The notes beneath the pieces were generated by a model, which did no database searches, had not been told where the DNA came from, and saw nothing but the letters and a program-made list of their open reading frames with translations. A DNA stretch of 51,567 nucleotides. Source: an uncultured Desulfobacterales bacterium (GTDB lineage Bacteria; Desulfobacterota; Desulfobacteria; Desulfobacterales; C00003060). The stretch is from positions 1-51,567 of the forward strand of contig CAYSBQ010000002.1 of the NCBI GenBank assembly GCA_964429315.1, written 5' to 3'. The position numbers and the translations under genes are program-made. Numbering within the stretch: the stretch's first letter is position 1; each line of letters opens with the position of its first letter. Positions 1 through 7,875 of the stretch are shown in pieces.

Positions 1-156
1 CTCTTCGATCCCCAAACCTCCGGGGGATTGCTTCTGGCCATGCCCGCTTCACAGGCAGAGGACCTGATGTCGGATCTGGCGGGCGCCGGGGTACAGACAG
101 CAGCTTGTGTAGGCAGAGTCGCAGCAAACGGCCGGCCATTTTTGCGGGTGGTGTGA
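1..156 (+). CDS. selD: 3' end (last ~51 aa) of a PurM/AIR-synthase-superfamily protein, best guess selenide,water dikinase; the 5' part lies outside the window
   Basis: Frame +1 is open from base 1 to TGA at 154-156: LFDPQTSGGLLLAMPASQAEDLMSDLAGAGVQTAACVGRVAANGRPFLRVV. The DPQTSGGLL motif is typical of SelD C-termini (from memory). Confidence 0.5.
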   Translation, partial: LFDPQTSGGLLLAMPASQAEDLMSDLAGAGVQTAACVGRVAANGRPFLRVV

Positions 157-243
157 AGCAGAATCAGGTCTTTTTCTCCTAAAACTTACACCCCTTAACA
201 CTGCCGAATTAACCACTTTCAAAACACCCGTAAAGCATGGCCA

Positions 244-1014
244 CTATGACAATAGCGTTGAGGTGGGAGAAGAAAACATGCTGTCCACGTCATCCCTCAC
301 AGGCTGAAAAACCATGCTAAGATACTTGGCAAAGGCAATCCTGAAAAACTCCGTTGCCCGTCGCCTAAGCTTCAGAAATTCGTCAGGCTCAATCCCATAG
401 GTTTTTCTGATTTTCTCAAGCCTGTTTTCTTGGTCTACTGCCCCCAACTCTTCTTCAACAGAAGCGCGAGAAATAGCCAAGACCAGGGAAAAGAGTTCCT
501 TGACAGCTTGGAAATATTCTTCTTTCTGTTTTTCATAGTGCTTGAGGTTGTCGCCCCACAACTCGGAGTTATCCATCTGGGCTTCCGTTCCTTGGCGAAA
601 TTCTTTCGAGGAAATGAGAGAATCAAGCATCTGGGGTATTCTCTGAAGAATTGGCTCCATGAGGGCCTGGTTTTTGCCCATGGGTATCACCAATTCATCC
701 ATGACCTCCTGGACCACGATGCCCAGCTGGTGACATCCATGCTCCAGTGCACTGCCAAGCTTGTGTAACCGGTCCTTGTCTGCCTTGTCTTTCTCAGGGT
801 TGATTGCCGGTAACTGGTTGTGCTTCATGATACCAAAATGAATCAAAAAACCGGCCATAAGCGATATGACATGCAAAAGCCCGGCAGCTTGAGTCATTGC
901 CACACGTCGTTTCTTGAAAAACGACAGAATCTCCTGTCCCATAGGGTGTCGATTCAATTCCCTTCCAAGGCCCTTCTCTTTGCTTTCCTTTTTCAGTCGG
1001 CTTTTCTTCCCCAT
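244..1014 (-). CDS. hypothetical protein, 256 aa, basic N-terminus followed by one hydrophobic helix
   Basis: Longest ORF in the region. N-terminus MGKKSRLKKESKEK, then AAGLLHVISLMAGFLIHFGI. No recognisable catalytic motif. Confidence 0.5.
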   Translation of the reverse strand: MGKKSRLKKESKEKGLGRELNRHPMGQEILSFFKKRRVAMTQAAGLLHVISLMAGFLIHFGIMKHNQLPAINPEKDKADKDRLHKLGSALEHGCHQLGIVVQEVMDELVIPMGKNQALMEPILQRIPQMLDSLISSKEFRQGTEAQMDNSELWGDNLKHYEKQKEEYFQAVKELFSLVLAISRASVEEELGAVDQENRLEKIRKTYGIEPDEFLKLRRRATEFFRIAFAKYLSMVFQPVRDDVDSMFSSPTSTLLS

Positions 1015-1124
1015 GAGAGACCACCCGCTTCGCTTGGATTGGCCTTATTGGGTCTGGTGTCAGGCGGTTGCCTGAACAGGGCCTGCTCCTCAAATGTCTT
1101 TGATCAGACTGTGGCCGAACCTTC

Positions 1125-1172
1125 TATGAAAAAAGAAATTTGGTCTGAAAAAACCCAAAACACCACCAGACC
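1125..1172 (-). terminator. weak hairpin plus U-tract (GGUCUG..16 nt..CAGACC AAAUUUCUUUUUU)
   Basis: GGTCTG at 1142-1147 pairs with CAGACC at 1167-1172. The A-rich run on the plus strand at 1125-1140 reads as a U-rich tail on the minus strand. It lies about 230 nt downstream of the polyferredoxin stop. Confidence 0.3.
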
Positions 1173-1210
1173 GCCCCAAAAACTCCTTGAACTCTTCTTT
1201 ACCATTTTTG

Positions 1211-1239
1211 ATAATACCAAACCTGTCAGAGCTTTTCAA
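1211..1239 (-). promoter_or_regulatory. sigma70-like promoter TTGAAA-17-TATTAT
   Basis: Minus strand: cTTGAAAagctctgacaggtttggTATTATcaaaaATG. Two mismatches to consensus and a 17-nt spacer. Confidence 0.35.
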
Positions 1240-1402
1240 GCCCTATAAGTCCGTTCGTTTGGCCCCAGGATCATCCAAGATTTCCTTGACTGCGTCTAAC
1301 AGTTCCTCTCGTGAACCGAAACGTCGGGATTATGTTTATAGGTCTCAAGCGGAGCAGGCAATGGTCGCTAGAGAGAAATTATAGCCTTTCGTTTATGGGT
1401 TT

Positions 1403-3028
1403 TCATAATAGTAAAATTTGGTTTTTCAAGGACCTGGATTCTCCGGCACTGATGGTTCTGATGGCCGGCAGGCTTTTAACAGGGCATTTGTTTTCACAAA
1501 TACCGCAGCCCACGCATTGTTTAAGATTTACAAAGGGTAATTGGACTGCCAATTCTTTCCCACCTGGACCGGACACAGCCCCTTTCTTTAAATAAATTGC
1601 TTTAGGAGAGGTAGGACATACTTCTTCGCAAACAATACAGGGAGTGTTTCCTGACCAGGGAAGACACCGCCCCCTGTCCACATATGCGGAGCCGATTTTT
1701 ATCGGCCGATCAATCTTCTCCCTGGCTGTAATATTGGCAATAGCTCCTGTGGGACAAACACTACCGCACAGCGAACAGGTATATTCGCAATAACCTTGCG
1801 TCATTATTAAGCGGGGAGTCCAGAACCCCGCCATCCCTGCTTCTCCAAGGGTGGGGTTAAGGGCATTTGTCGGGCAAACCTTCATACACAGCCCACACCG
1901 CTGGCAAAGTTCCAGAAAATCTTTTTCCGGCAAAGAGCCGGGCGGCCTGATGAGCCGGGGGTCCGCCATTTTGTCCACCCGCCCATCGAGTCTTCCCAGA
2001 AATGGCACGGAAATACCGGCCAGCATACCGCCCAGCAAGGCACGTCGGCCAATGTCCGGCTTGCGGTTTAATTTGGGATTCAAGGTGAAACTAAAGGCAA
2101 GTGCCTCCTCGGGACATATGTTGTGACAGTTGAAACAGGCGATGCATTCGGCCGCTTCCCAAACCTGATCCGGATGGGGAGAAGCCGCACCCTGACAGTG
2201 TTTGGTGCACAAATTACAATTTGTGCACCGTTCCGGATACTTTTCCAATTTCAGCAGGCTGGTCATGGAAAAGATTCCCATCAGTGCGCCGAGAGGGCAA
2301 AGCACACGGCACCAGAAGCGGGGCCGGATGCGGTTGAGGAAGACAATGATTAGAAAAACCAGGCCGATGAACCAGGCCGTTTGATACGCCTGGATATTGT
2401 ATCCGAAAACCGGGGAAAGCAGGACTTCTGCGCCATAGCTAGCCAGTCGCAACACCCTGAAATCGCTGTTGGCCATGACATCGAAAACCGAACGAAGCCC
2501 CACGCCGAGGCCGGGAATTATCGACAGGGCCATGGATCTAAAAAATAAGGCGATGGGATCTATCAACCCGGACAGGTTCAGGCCGACAATCGCGCCGATC
2601 AACAAGAACAGGAGAAGGAAATACTTGATTTTCTGTTCAGGCGTTTTCTGATTGGCCTGTACCATTCGGTTTCCTTTAAGGGCCGGACGAACAGCGCCGA
2701 CGGCGTGATGAATGGTTCCAAAAGGACAAATGAAACCGCAAAAAACACGGCCGAAGAAAAGGGTGATCAAAAGCACACCAAAACCCCAGAGAAACCCCGG
2801 AAGGAGGCGGCGCCCCGACAAAAGGGAGGTCAATCCAATGAGTGGATCGAGCTTAAAGAAGAAGGTGACCGGCTGATCCAGTCTTATATCGTTGTCAGTT
2901 GAAAAAGCGATGGAGTAATCAACATAAATATCCTGTGAAAGCCTGCTCTCTACCAGAAGAAAAAGAAACAGACACAGGAAAAAAATTTGGGTAATTCTCC
3001 TGAACCAAACCAGATGCCGGATTTTCAC
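1403..3028 (-). CDS. membrane-anchored polyferredoxin (NapH/MauN-like membrane part plus about six CxxCxxCxxxCP-type 4Fe-4S motifs)
   Basis: 541 aa. Several N-terminal TM helices carry CGFICPFG and CRVLCPLG motifs. The C-terminal half has CTNCNLCTKHC, CIACFNCHNICP, CQRCGLCMKVCP, CSLCGSVCP, CIVCEEVCP and CVGCGICENKCP. The GTG start overlaps the upstream stop (GTGA). Confidence 0.85.
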   Translation of the reverse strand: MKIRHLVWFRRITQIFFLCLFLFLLVESRLSQDIYVDYSIAFSTDNDIRLDQPVTFFFKLDPLIGLTSLLSGRRLLPGFLWGFGVLLITLFFGRVFCGFICPFGTIHHAVGAVRPALKGNRMVQANQKTPEQKIKYFLLLFLLIGAIVGLNLSGLIDPIALFFRSMALSIIPGLGVGLRSVFDVMANSDFRVLRLASYGAEVLLSPVFGYNIQAYQTAWFIGLVFLIIVFLNRIRPRFWCRVLCPLGALMGIFSMTSLLKLEKYPERCTNCNLCTKHCQGAASPHPDQVWEAAECIACFNCHNICPEEALAFSFTLNPKLNRKPDIGRRALLGGMLAGISVPFLGRLDGRVDKMADPRLIRPPGSLPEKDFLELCQRCGLCMKVCPTNALNPTLGEAGMAGFWTPRLIMTQGYCEYTCSLCGSVCPTGAIANITAREKIDRPIKIGSAYVDRGRCLPWSGNTPCIVCEEVCPTSPKAIYLKKGAVSGPGGKELAVQLPFVNLKQCVGCGICENKCPVKSLPAIRTISAGESRSLKNQILLL

Positions 3029-3969
3029 ACGATTACCTTTTTATTGTCAAGCTTTGAAAAATCATAGGTGCCGAGGCCACTCTTTTGGGCCAGATGAATA
3101 AACCCGATCTTTTCCGGTTTTAATCCGAAAAGCATGCTCGCTCTGGCATCCGCAGCCACGGGATCATTGCTTAGAATTAGTGTGTTTTTGATCGTCACAT
3201 CATCCGTGCTGCCGCCGGAAGGCCCGTTTTGAGTCATAATACGGATGGCATCGATCAGAGTAACTTCGGGTTTAAAGAACTGCGCCAGATCGACAATGCT
3301 CTGATGGATATCCTGATGAAGCGACCACCGGCTCCCACCTACCCCCCCAATCCAGTTTTTCATTCCCAGTGTGAGGGTGCTGAGGGAGTGGTGTTTCGCC
3401 ACCGGGAGGTTGATTACCTTATCGGCTTCCACCAAGGGTGTGAAGACCGGCCACACATCCAGACGATTACCCCTCAATTTCATTTCTTTCATCAAAGATG
3501 ATCTTGGGTAAACCAGATCGGCTCCCGTTTCCTTAGCCACCTTGCCAACCCCGTTCATAGCAAAACATTGCCTGGCATCGTGGATGGTATTATCCGCGAT
3601 TCGAACCCGACTGGCGCCGGCCTCCTGACACAGCTCGATGACGGCTGACAGAACTTCGGGATTTGTCGTGGCCGCAAACCGTGGATGCCTGGCCCAGGAT
3701 ATGTTCGGCTTGATCGCCACCACATCTCCTCGGGAGACAAACCGTTGGATCCCCCCGGCGGCTTCAAACACCTTTTTTGTCAGCTCTTTCACGGAGAATC
3801 CTTCTGTCTGGCCGCGCCCCTCAATGATAAATCTTTTTTGCGTCGTCGCCCACGCATCAAGCGCCGTGAATGAGGGCCATTGGACCGCTCCGGCAAGCAT
3901 CGTGTACCCAGACAACTGCAATAGCTTTTGGATCCATTCTCTGCGCGTGAGAGGTCGATTAAGGTTCAT
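3025..3969 (-). CDS. Tat-signal DUF362 domain protein
   Basis: Start chosen at ATG 3969, which has an AAGGAG RBS. N-terminus MNLNRPLTRREWIQKLLQLSGYTMLAGA (twin-arginine motif). Body has GDVVAIKPNIS...NLPVAKHHSLSTLTLGMKNWIG...LIDAIRIMTQNGPSGG, typical of DUF362 (from memory). Confidence 0.75.
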   Translation of the reverse strand: MNLNRPLTRREWIQKLLQLSGYTMLAGAVQWPSFTALDAWATTQKRFIIEGRGQTEGFSVKELTKKVFEAAGGIQRFVSRGDVVAIKPNISWARHPRFAATTNPEVLSAVIELCQEAGASRVRIADNTIHDARQCFAMNGVGKVAKETGADLVYPRSSLMKEMKLRGNRLDVWPVFTPLVEADKVINLPVAKHHSLSTLTLGMKNWIGGVGGSRWSLHQDIHQSIVDLAQFFKPEVTLIDAIRIMTQNGPSGGSTDDVTIKNTLILSNDPVAADARASMLFGLKPEKIGFIHLAQKSGLGTYDFSKLDNKKVIV

Positions 3970-4074
3970 GGATTTTACTCCTTTTTTGATTGCGTTCTCA
4001 AGGGCAACCGGATATTGACCGACAGTCAATCCGTTATAAGCCCATTAGTAACTGGGATCGGACCGGTTTAGGAT

Positions 4075-5199
4075 CTATCCACCTTTTGCTGCCTTTTCCC
4101 GCTCTTTTTTCTCTACCACACAATAAATGCCGCCTTCTTCGAGGCCAGGCTTGAAACAGCTATTGCATGAAATACACTTTGCCGGGCTACGATCACCCTG
4201 CAGCCAGCGGTTGGGCAAGCCTGGTTCCCGGATTAGCGGCCTGGCCATGGAAATGTAATCCATGCCGTCATCCTTGATTGCTTTTTCGGCAACCTCATAG
4301 GACCGGAATCCACCCACCACCATCACCGGACAGCCCACCGCCGCTTTGACTTTGCGGGCCAGATCCAGGTTATAAGCCTCCCTTTCCGGTTTGTTGATCT
4401 TGCCGCGCACCGGGCCTTTCTCGCCGGAGGCCGGGGTGCCGGCGGAGATCTCGATGGCATCGATACCTGCTCCTGAAAGTTTTTTTGCAGCATAAACCGC
4501 ATCATCAATTTCCAATCCACCGTCAAGGTTGTCCGCAGCGTTCAGCTTAATAAGGACAGGATAATCGGTGCCCACCGTCTCCCGAACCATTCGGTACACT
4601 TCGAGCAAAAACCGGCAGCGATTATCCACGCCTCCGCCATATTCATCCGTTCGGCGGTTTGTGAGCGGAGAAAGAAACTGGTTGATTAAATAGCCATGGG
4701 CGCCATGCAGTTGTACGGCATCAAAACCCCATGCCTTGGCCCGTCTCGCCCCTTCTCCAAAAGCAGTAACAATGTCACTGATTTCATCTTTCGAGAGTTC
4801 GGCCGGCATCTCCGGAAATTGGTCAACCTTCACGGCTGACGGAGCAAGGGGCTGCCGGCCGGCGGCGTTAGCATCGGTCTGGCCACCGGCATGGACTATT
4901 TGAAGCGCAATCTTGCCGCCGGCATCGTGCACAGCACGGGTCAAATTTTCATAATTACCCGCAAAAGCATCGGTATGGATGCCCATTTTGCCGGGCAACT
5001 GCTTGCCTTCCGGCCGAACGAATGCATAACCCGTAATAATCAGGCCGACACTGCCTTTTGACAGTTCCCGATACCAGTTGACCACTTTTTCCGTGGGTTT
5101 GCCGTCCTGTTCGCACATCCCTTCCCAAGTGGCTGAACGGACGAGGCGGTTTTGTAACGTCATGCTGTTGATCGTTGTCGGGTCGAATAAGTTTGCCAT
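4075..5199 (-). CDS. Old-Yellow-Enzyme family NADH:flavin oxidoreductase with a C-terminal Cys cluster (short 2,4-dienoyl-CoA-reductase-like N-domain only)
   Basis: Start chosen at ATG 5199, which has an AGGAGGA RBS. MANLFDPTTINSMTLQNRLVRSA..., HGAHGYLINQFLSP, and C-terminal CISCNSCFKPGLEEGGIYC. Confidence 0.85.
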   Translation of the reverse strand: MANLFDPTTINSMTLQNRLVRSATWEGMCEQDGKPTEKVVNWYRELSKGSVGLIITGYAFVRPEGKQLPGKMGIHTDAFAGNYENLTRAVHDAGGKIALQIVHAGGQTDANAAGRQPLAPSAVKVDQFPEMPAELSKDEISDIVTAFGEGARRAKAWGFDAVQLHGAHGYLINQFLSPLTNRRTDEYGGGVDNRCRFLLEVYRMVRETVGTDYPVLIKLNAADNLDGGLEIDDAVYAAKKLSGAGIDAIEISAGTPASGEKGPVRGKINKPEREAYNLDLARKVKAAVGCPVMVVGGFRSYEVAEKAIKDDGMDYISMARPLIREPGLPNRWLQGDRSPAKCISCNSCFKPGLEEGGIYCVVEKKEREKAAKGG

Positions 5200-5252
5200 A
5201 ATGTTCCTCCTGTACAATTAATTTTGTTAATCGGTACGTAGTTTGCGACGCC

Positions 5253-5345
5253 TTATTCGCCATCCGTCCGTTCGTAGTCAGCAGCCATCTTTTCGAAATC
5301 CTTGACCCTTGGTTCCAATTCTTTATAGTTTGGTTTCTGGGCCAT
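5253..5345 (-). CDS. small ORF, 30 aa (MAQKPNYKELEPRVKDFEKMAADYERTDGE)
   Basis: ATG preceded by GGAGGA at 7-nt spacing. Lies between a leader hairpin and the OYE gene. Below the ORF-track cutoff. No homology known to me. Confidence 0.3.
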   Translation of the reverse strand: MAQKPNYKELEPRVKDFEKMAADYERTDGE

Positions 5346-5365
5346 AAGAATATCCTCCAATTGCG

Positions 5366-5420
5366 TCAAAAGCAAAAAGGGCTCCAAAAGAGCGTATCTT
5401 TTAAAACAACGCATGGAGCC
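5366..5420 (-). terminator. leader hairpin plus U-tract (possible attenuator) about 20 nt upstream of the small-ORF RBS
   Basis: Minus strand: GGCUCCAuGCGU...ACGCucuuUUGGAGCC followed by CUUUUUGCUUUUG. Confidence 0.45.
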
Positions 5421-5500
5421 TTTGATGGCCCCCTGGGACTTTCCAGTTGAAGTTGGTCATTTATGGGGGACATGTTGTTGAATGGAATTCAGATAGAAAT

Positions 5501-5530
5501 AGTATACAACAGGATGCCATTAGATGTCAA
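5501..5530 (-). promoter_or_regulatory. sigma70-like promoter TTGACA-18-TATACT
   Basis: Minus strand: tTTGACAtctaatggcatcctgttgTATACTa. One mismatch in total. It would give a ~150-nt leader for the small ORF/OYE operon. Confidence 0.5.
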
Positions 5531-5589
5531 AGAAGGTTCTCAAATCATAATTTTCCTTTTTGCTCCGCAATCTCAACGCGTGTACCTGA

Positions 5590-5631
5590 TCAAAAAAGTA
5601 GAGCGGCACATGCTGCCACGCCATGCGCCGC
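5590..5631 (-). terminator. intrinsic terminator (10-13 bp stem, 9-nt loop, U6)
   Basis: Minus strand: GCGGCGCAUG-gcguggcag-CAUGUGCCGC, then UCUACUUUUUUGAUC. All positions pair (one G-U). Confidence 0.6.
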
Positions 5632-5679
5632 CCTTGAAAGAGGAAAGGAGAAGAGAAAAGGAGCGGGTGTTACTCAGTT
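5592..5679 (-). ncRNA. candidate ~90-nt sRNA with a CU-rich (anti-Shine-Dalgarno-like) 5' half
   Basis: Bounded by the promoter at 5686-5714 and the terminator at 5590-5631. Contains CCCGCUCCUUUUCUCUUCUCCUUUCCUCUUUC (5637-5667). No ORF with an RBS. Confidence 0.3.
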
Positions 5680-5685
5680 GCGTAT

Positions 5686-5714
5686 ATAATATGCACGAAT
5701 AACAAATGCGTCAA
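5686..5714 (-). promoter_or_regulatory. sigma70-like promoter TTGACG-17-TATTAT
   Basis: Minus strand: aTTTGACGcatttgttattcgtgcaTATTATata. Two mismatches and a 17-nt spacer. Confidence 0.4.
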
Positions 5715-5806
5715 ATAGTTAATATTGATGCCATGGCGGCGGATGCATTGACCAAGTCTATGGATGGGAGAAAAATGGAGCTAAGGATTAGGATGCGGCC
5801 GGTTTG

Positions 5807-6670
5807 TCAAAGACGCCCCAAAAATGACCTGTCTTTCCGTCTTTGCCGAAAGGACCGCCGTTTGGGCCGTATCCCCTGAATCTTGTCGGTAAAACACTTT
5901 ATCAACTCAAAATAGGTCCTGCCGGCATCTATCATAATCGTATTATGATCAGCCCCTGGTATCATGTGAAATTCCTTGCTACGAGCAGCACAATGAACCT
6001 GTAACAACTCAGCGCTCGCTATCGGGATGATCTGATCGTTTCGTGCGTGGATAATGAGAGTTGGTTTGGAAAACTGTTCAATCTTTTGAATGTTCTTAAA
6101 GCCTTGCTCTTCCGAAATCTCCTCAGACTCTGTATCAACGCCCAAACACTGTAAAAGCGGCACTGTAAGAGCAAAGCCACTTTCAATGACAATACCTGCT
6201 ATTTCCGCTCCGTAAGAAGCCGCCAACTCCAATGCGCAGGCACTCCCAAGGGAACGGCCCATAGCAAGGAGGGGACCTGTCCGTCCTTCGCTTTGCAGCC
6301 ATTTCTGAACATCTTTGAAAATATGGTGGGCATCACCCAGCATGGTACTTGCCGTAGGCATACCCCCGCTCTTGCCATAACCCCTGTAATCCACAGCCAA
6401 GAAACTCAACCCGTATTCGTTATAAATGGGGCCAACGGGATCATAATCCTCGACAATCTCCCCGTTACCGTGAAAAAATAATATATTAGGGGCGTTCCTG
6501 TCCGCCATGTAAAACCTACCTCCAACCGTAATACCTTCTTCGAGTGTAATGTCGTAGTCTGTGGCATTCGCGGGCGGACCGGACCCCGAGTCTTGCCTCG
6601 GGTGAAAAAGCATTTGAAGGACCGCCGGGTGATCCAGCTTGGAATATTCAAAAGCCTCAGTCGTCATCAT
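5807..6670 (-). CDS. alpha/beta-fold hydrolase
   Basis: 287 aa. FFHGNGE oxyanion region, GRSLGS nucleophile elbow (GxSxG), and a late D...GADHN triad context. Confidence 0.8.
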   Translation of the reverse strand: MMTTEAFEYSKLDHPAVLQMLFHPRQDSGSGPPANATDYDITLEEGITVGGRFYMADRNAPNILFFHGNGEIVEDYDPVGPIYNEYGLSFLAVDYRGYGKSGGMPTASTMLGDAHHIFKDVQKWLQSEGRTGPLLAMGRSLGSACALELAASYGAEIAGIVIESGFALTVPLLQCLGVDTESEEISEEQGFKNIQKIEQFSKPTLIIHARNDQIIPIASAELLQVHCAARSKEFHMIPGADHNTIMIDAGRTYFELIKCFTDKIQGIRPKRRSFRQRRKDRSFLGRL

Positions 6671-6826
6671 GGTCTCCTTTCACAAGATTGACGGTTTCGT
6701 AAAAATTAGCAAATACGAGCACTCGGGCGCCTTTGATTGGGAAAGCCCTTGAAAACCTGTTGAAAAGTCTATATATAAAGGATGTAGTATGCAACTGGAA
6801 ATTCAACGTGATTTTGCAAATAAGAT

Positions 6827-7201
6827 ATGATCTGCTTTCAAAGAATAGCTGAACGGCACATAAAAGAGGCCATTAAGGAAGGGGCCTTAGACGACCTGCC
6901 GGGGGCCGGAAAGCCGCTGGTCTTCGAAGACGACTCCCACGTTCCCGAGGAACTCCGAATGGCCTATAAGATCTTAAAGAATGCGGGGTTCGTGCCGCCC
7001 GAGGTCACGATAAGGAATCAAATTGCAAAAGCCGAGGAACTCCTGGCAGGGATGGAAGACACCGAAGCCAGGTATCGCCAAATCAAGAAGTTAAACTTTC
7101 TTATCATGAAACTCAACACAGCAAGAGGAACTTGTGTCAGCCTCGAAATAGACCAGCATTACGAGAAAAGGATCCTGGAACGTCTGGGTCATGATACCTG
7201 A
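6827..7201 (+). CDS. DUF1992 (DnaJ-C28-like) domain protein
   Basis: 124 aa. IAERHIKEAIKEGALDDLPGAGKPL matches the family's conserved N-terminal motif (from memory). Confidence 0.7.
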   Translation: MICFQRIAERHIKEAIKEGALDDLPGAGKPLVFEDDSHVPEELRMAYKILKNAGFVPPEVTIRNQIAKAEELLAGMEDTEARYRQIKKLNFLIMKLNTARGTCVSLEIDQHYEKRILERLGHDT

Positions 7202-7860
7202 TGCCTGTTGACAGAAACACTCTTCTTCTCGATCTTTATAAAAGACTTTACGATAGCTTTGGCCCCCGCCACTGGTGGCCGGGAGATTCCCCCTTTGAAA
7301 TAGCGGTAGGCGCCATCCTTACCCAGAACACGGCCTGGCGCAATGTTGAAAAGGCCATAGCAAACCTAAAGAAAAAGAGCCTGTTATCCGCTGAAGCCAT
7401 CTATAGCCTACCAGTGGAGGATCTGGCAGCGCAGATCAGATCGGCAGGCTACTATAATATCAAGGCCAAACGGCTAAAACACTTCGTCGAATTTTTGTTC
7501 CGGGAAAGCGGGGGCAATCTAGACGGCCTCGTTACCTGGGATCTTCATATATCAAGAAGCGAGTTGCTATCAATCAACGGGGTCGGGCCGGAAACCGCTG
7601 ATAGCATTTTGCTTTATGCCGCCAACAAACCAACCTTTGTTGTAGATGCTTATACAAGGCGTATCTTGTCCAGGCATAGACTCATGCCAGAGGAGGTCTC
7701 TTACGACGAAGTCCGCTCTTTTTTCATGGACTCTCTAGAGCCTGACGTGTATATTTTTAACGAATTCCATGCACTCTTGGTCCATTTGGGCCACACGTTT
7801 TGTACAAAGAGAAAACCAAAGTGCACTACATGTCCTGCTATTGGGTGGAATAATGACTAA
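7201..7860 (+). CDS. endonuclease III-like HhH-GPD base-excision repair protein
   Basis: 219 aa. AILTQNTAW, a helix-hairpin-helix LLSINGVGPETADSILLYA, and a C-terminal Cys cluster CTKRKPKCTTCP. The start overlaps the upstream stop (TGATG). Confidence 0.8.
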   Translation: MPVDRNTLLLDLYKRLYDSFGPRHWWPGDSPFEIAVGAILTQNTAWRNVEKAIANLKKKSLLSAEAIYSLPVEDLAAQIRSAGYYNIKAKRLKHFVEFLFRESGGNLDGLVTWDLHISRSELLSINGVGPETADSILLYAANKPTFVVDAYTRRILSRHRLMPEEVSYDEVRSFFMDSLEPDVYIFNEFHALLVHLGHTFCTKRKPKCTTCPAIGWNND

Positions 7861-7875
7861 GGAGCGTAACACAAA

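Noticed and set aside
5447-5702. Two ~80-aa plus-strand ORFs in the hydrolase/OYE spacer
   Set aside because: They have no RBS and overlap one another. The region is better explained by minus-strand promoters and terminators.
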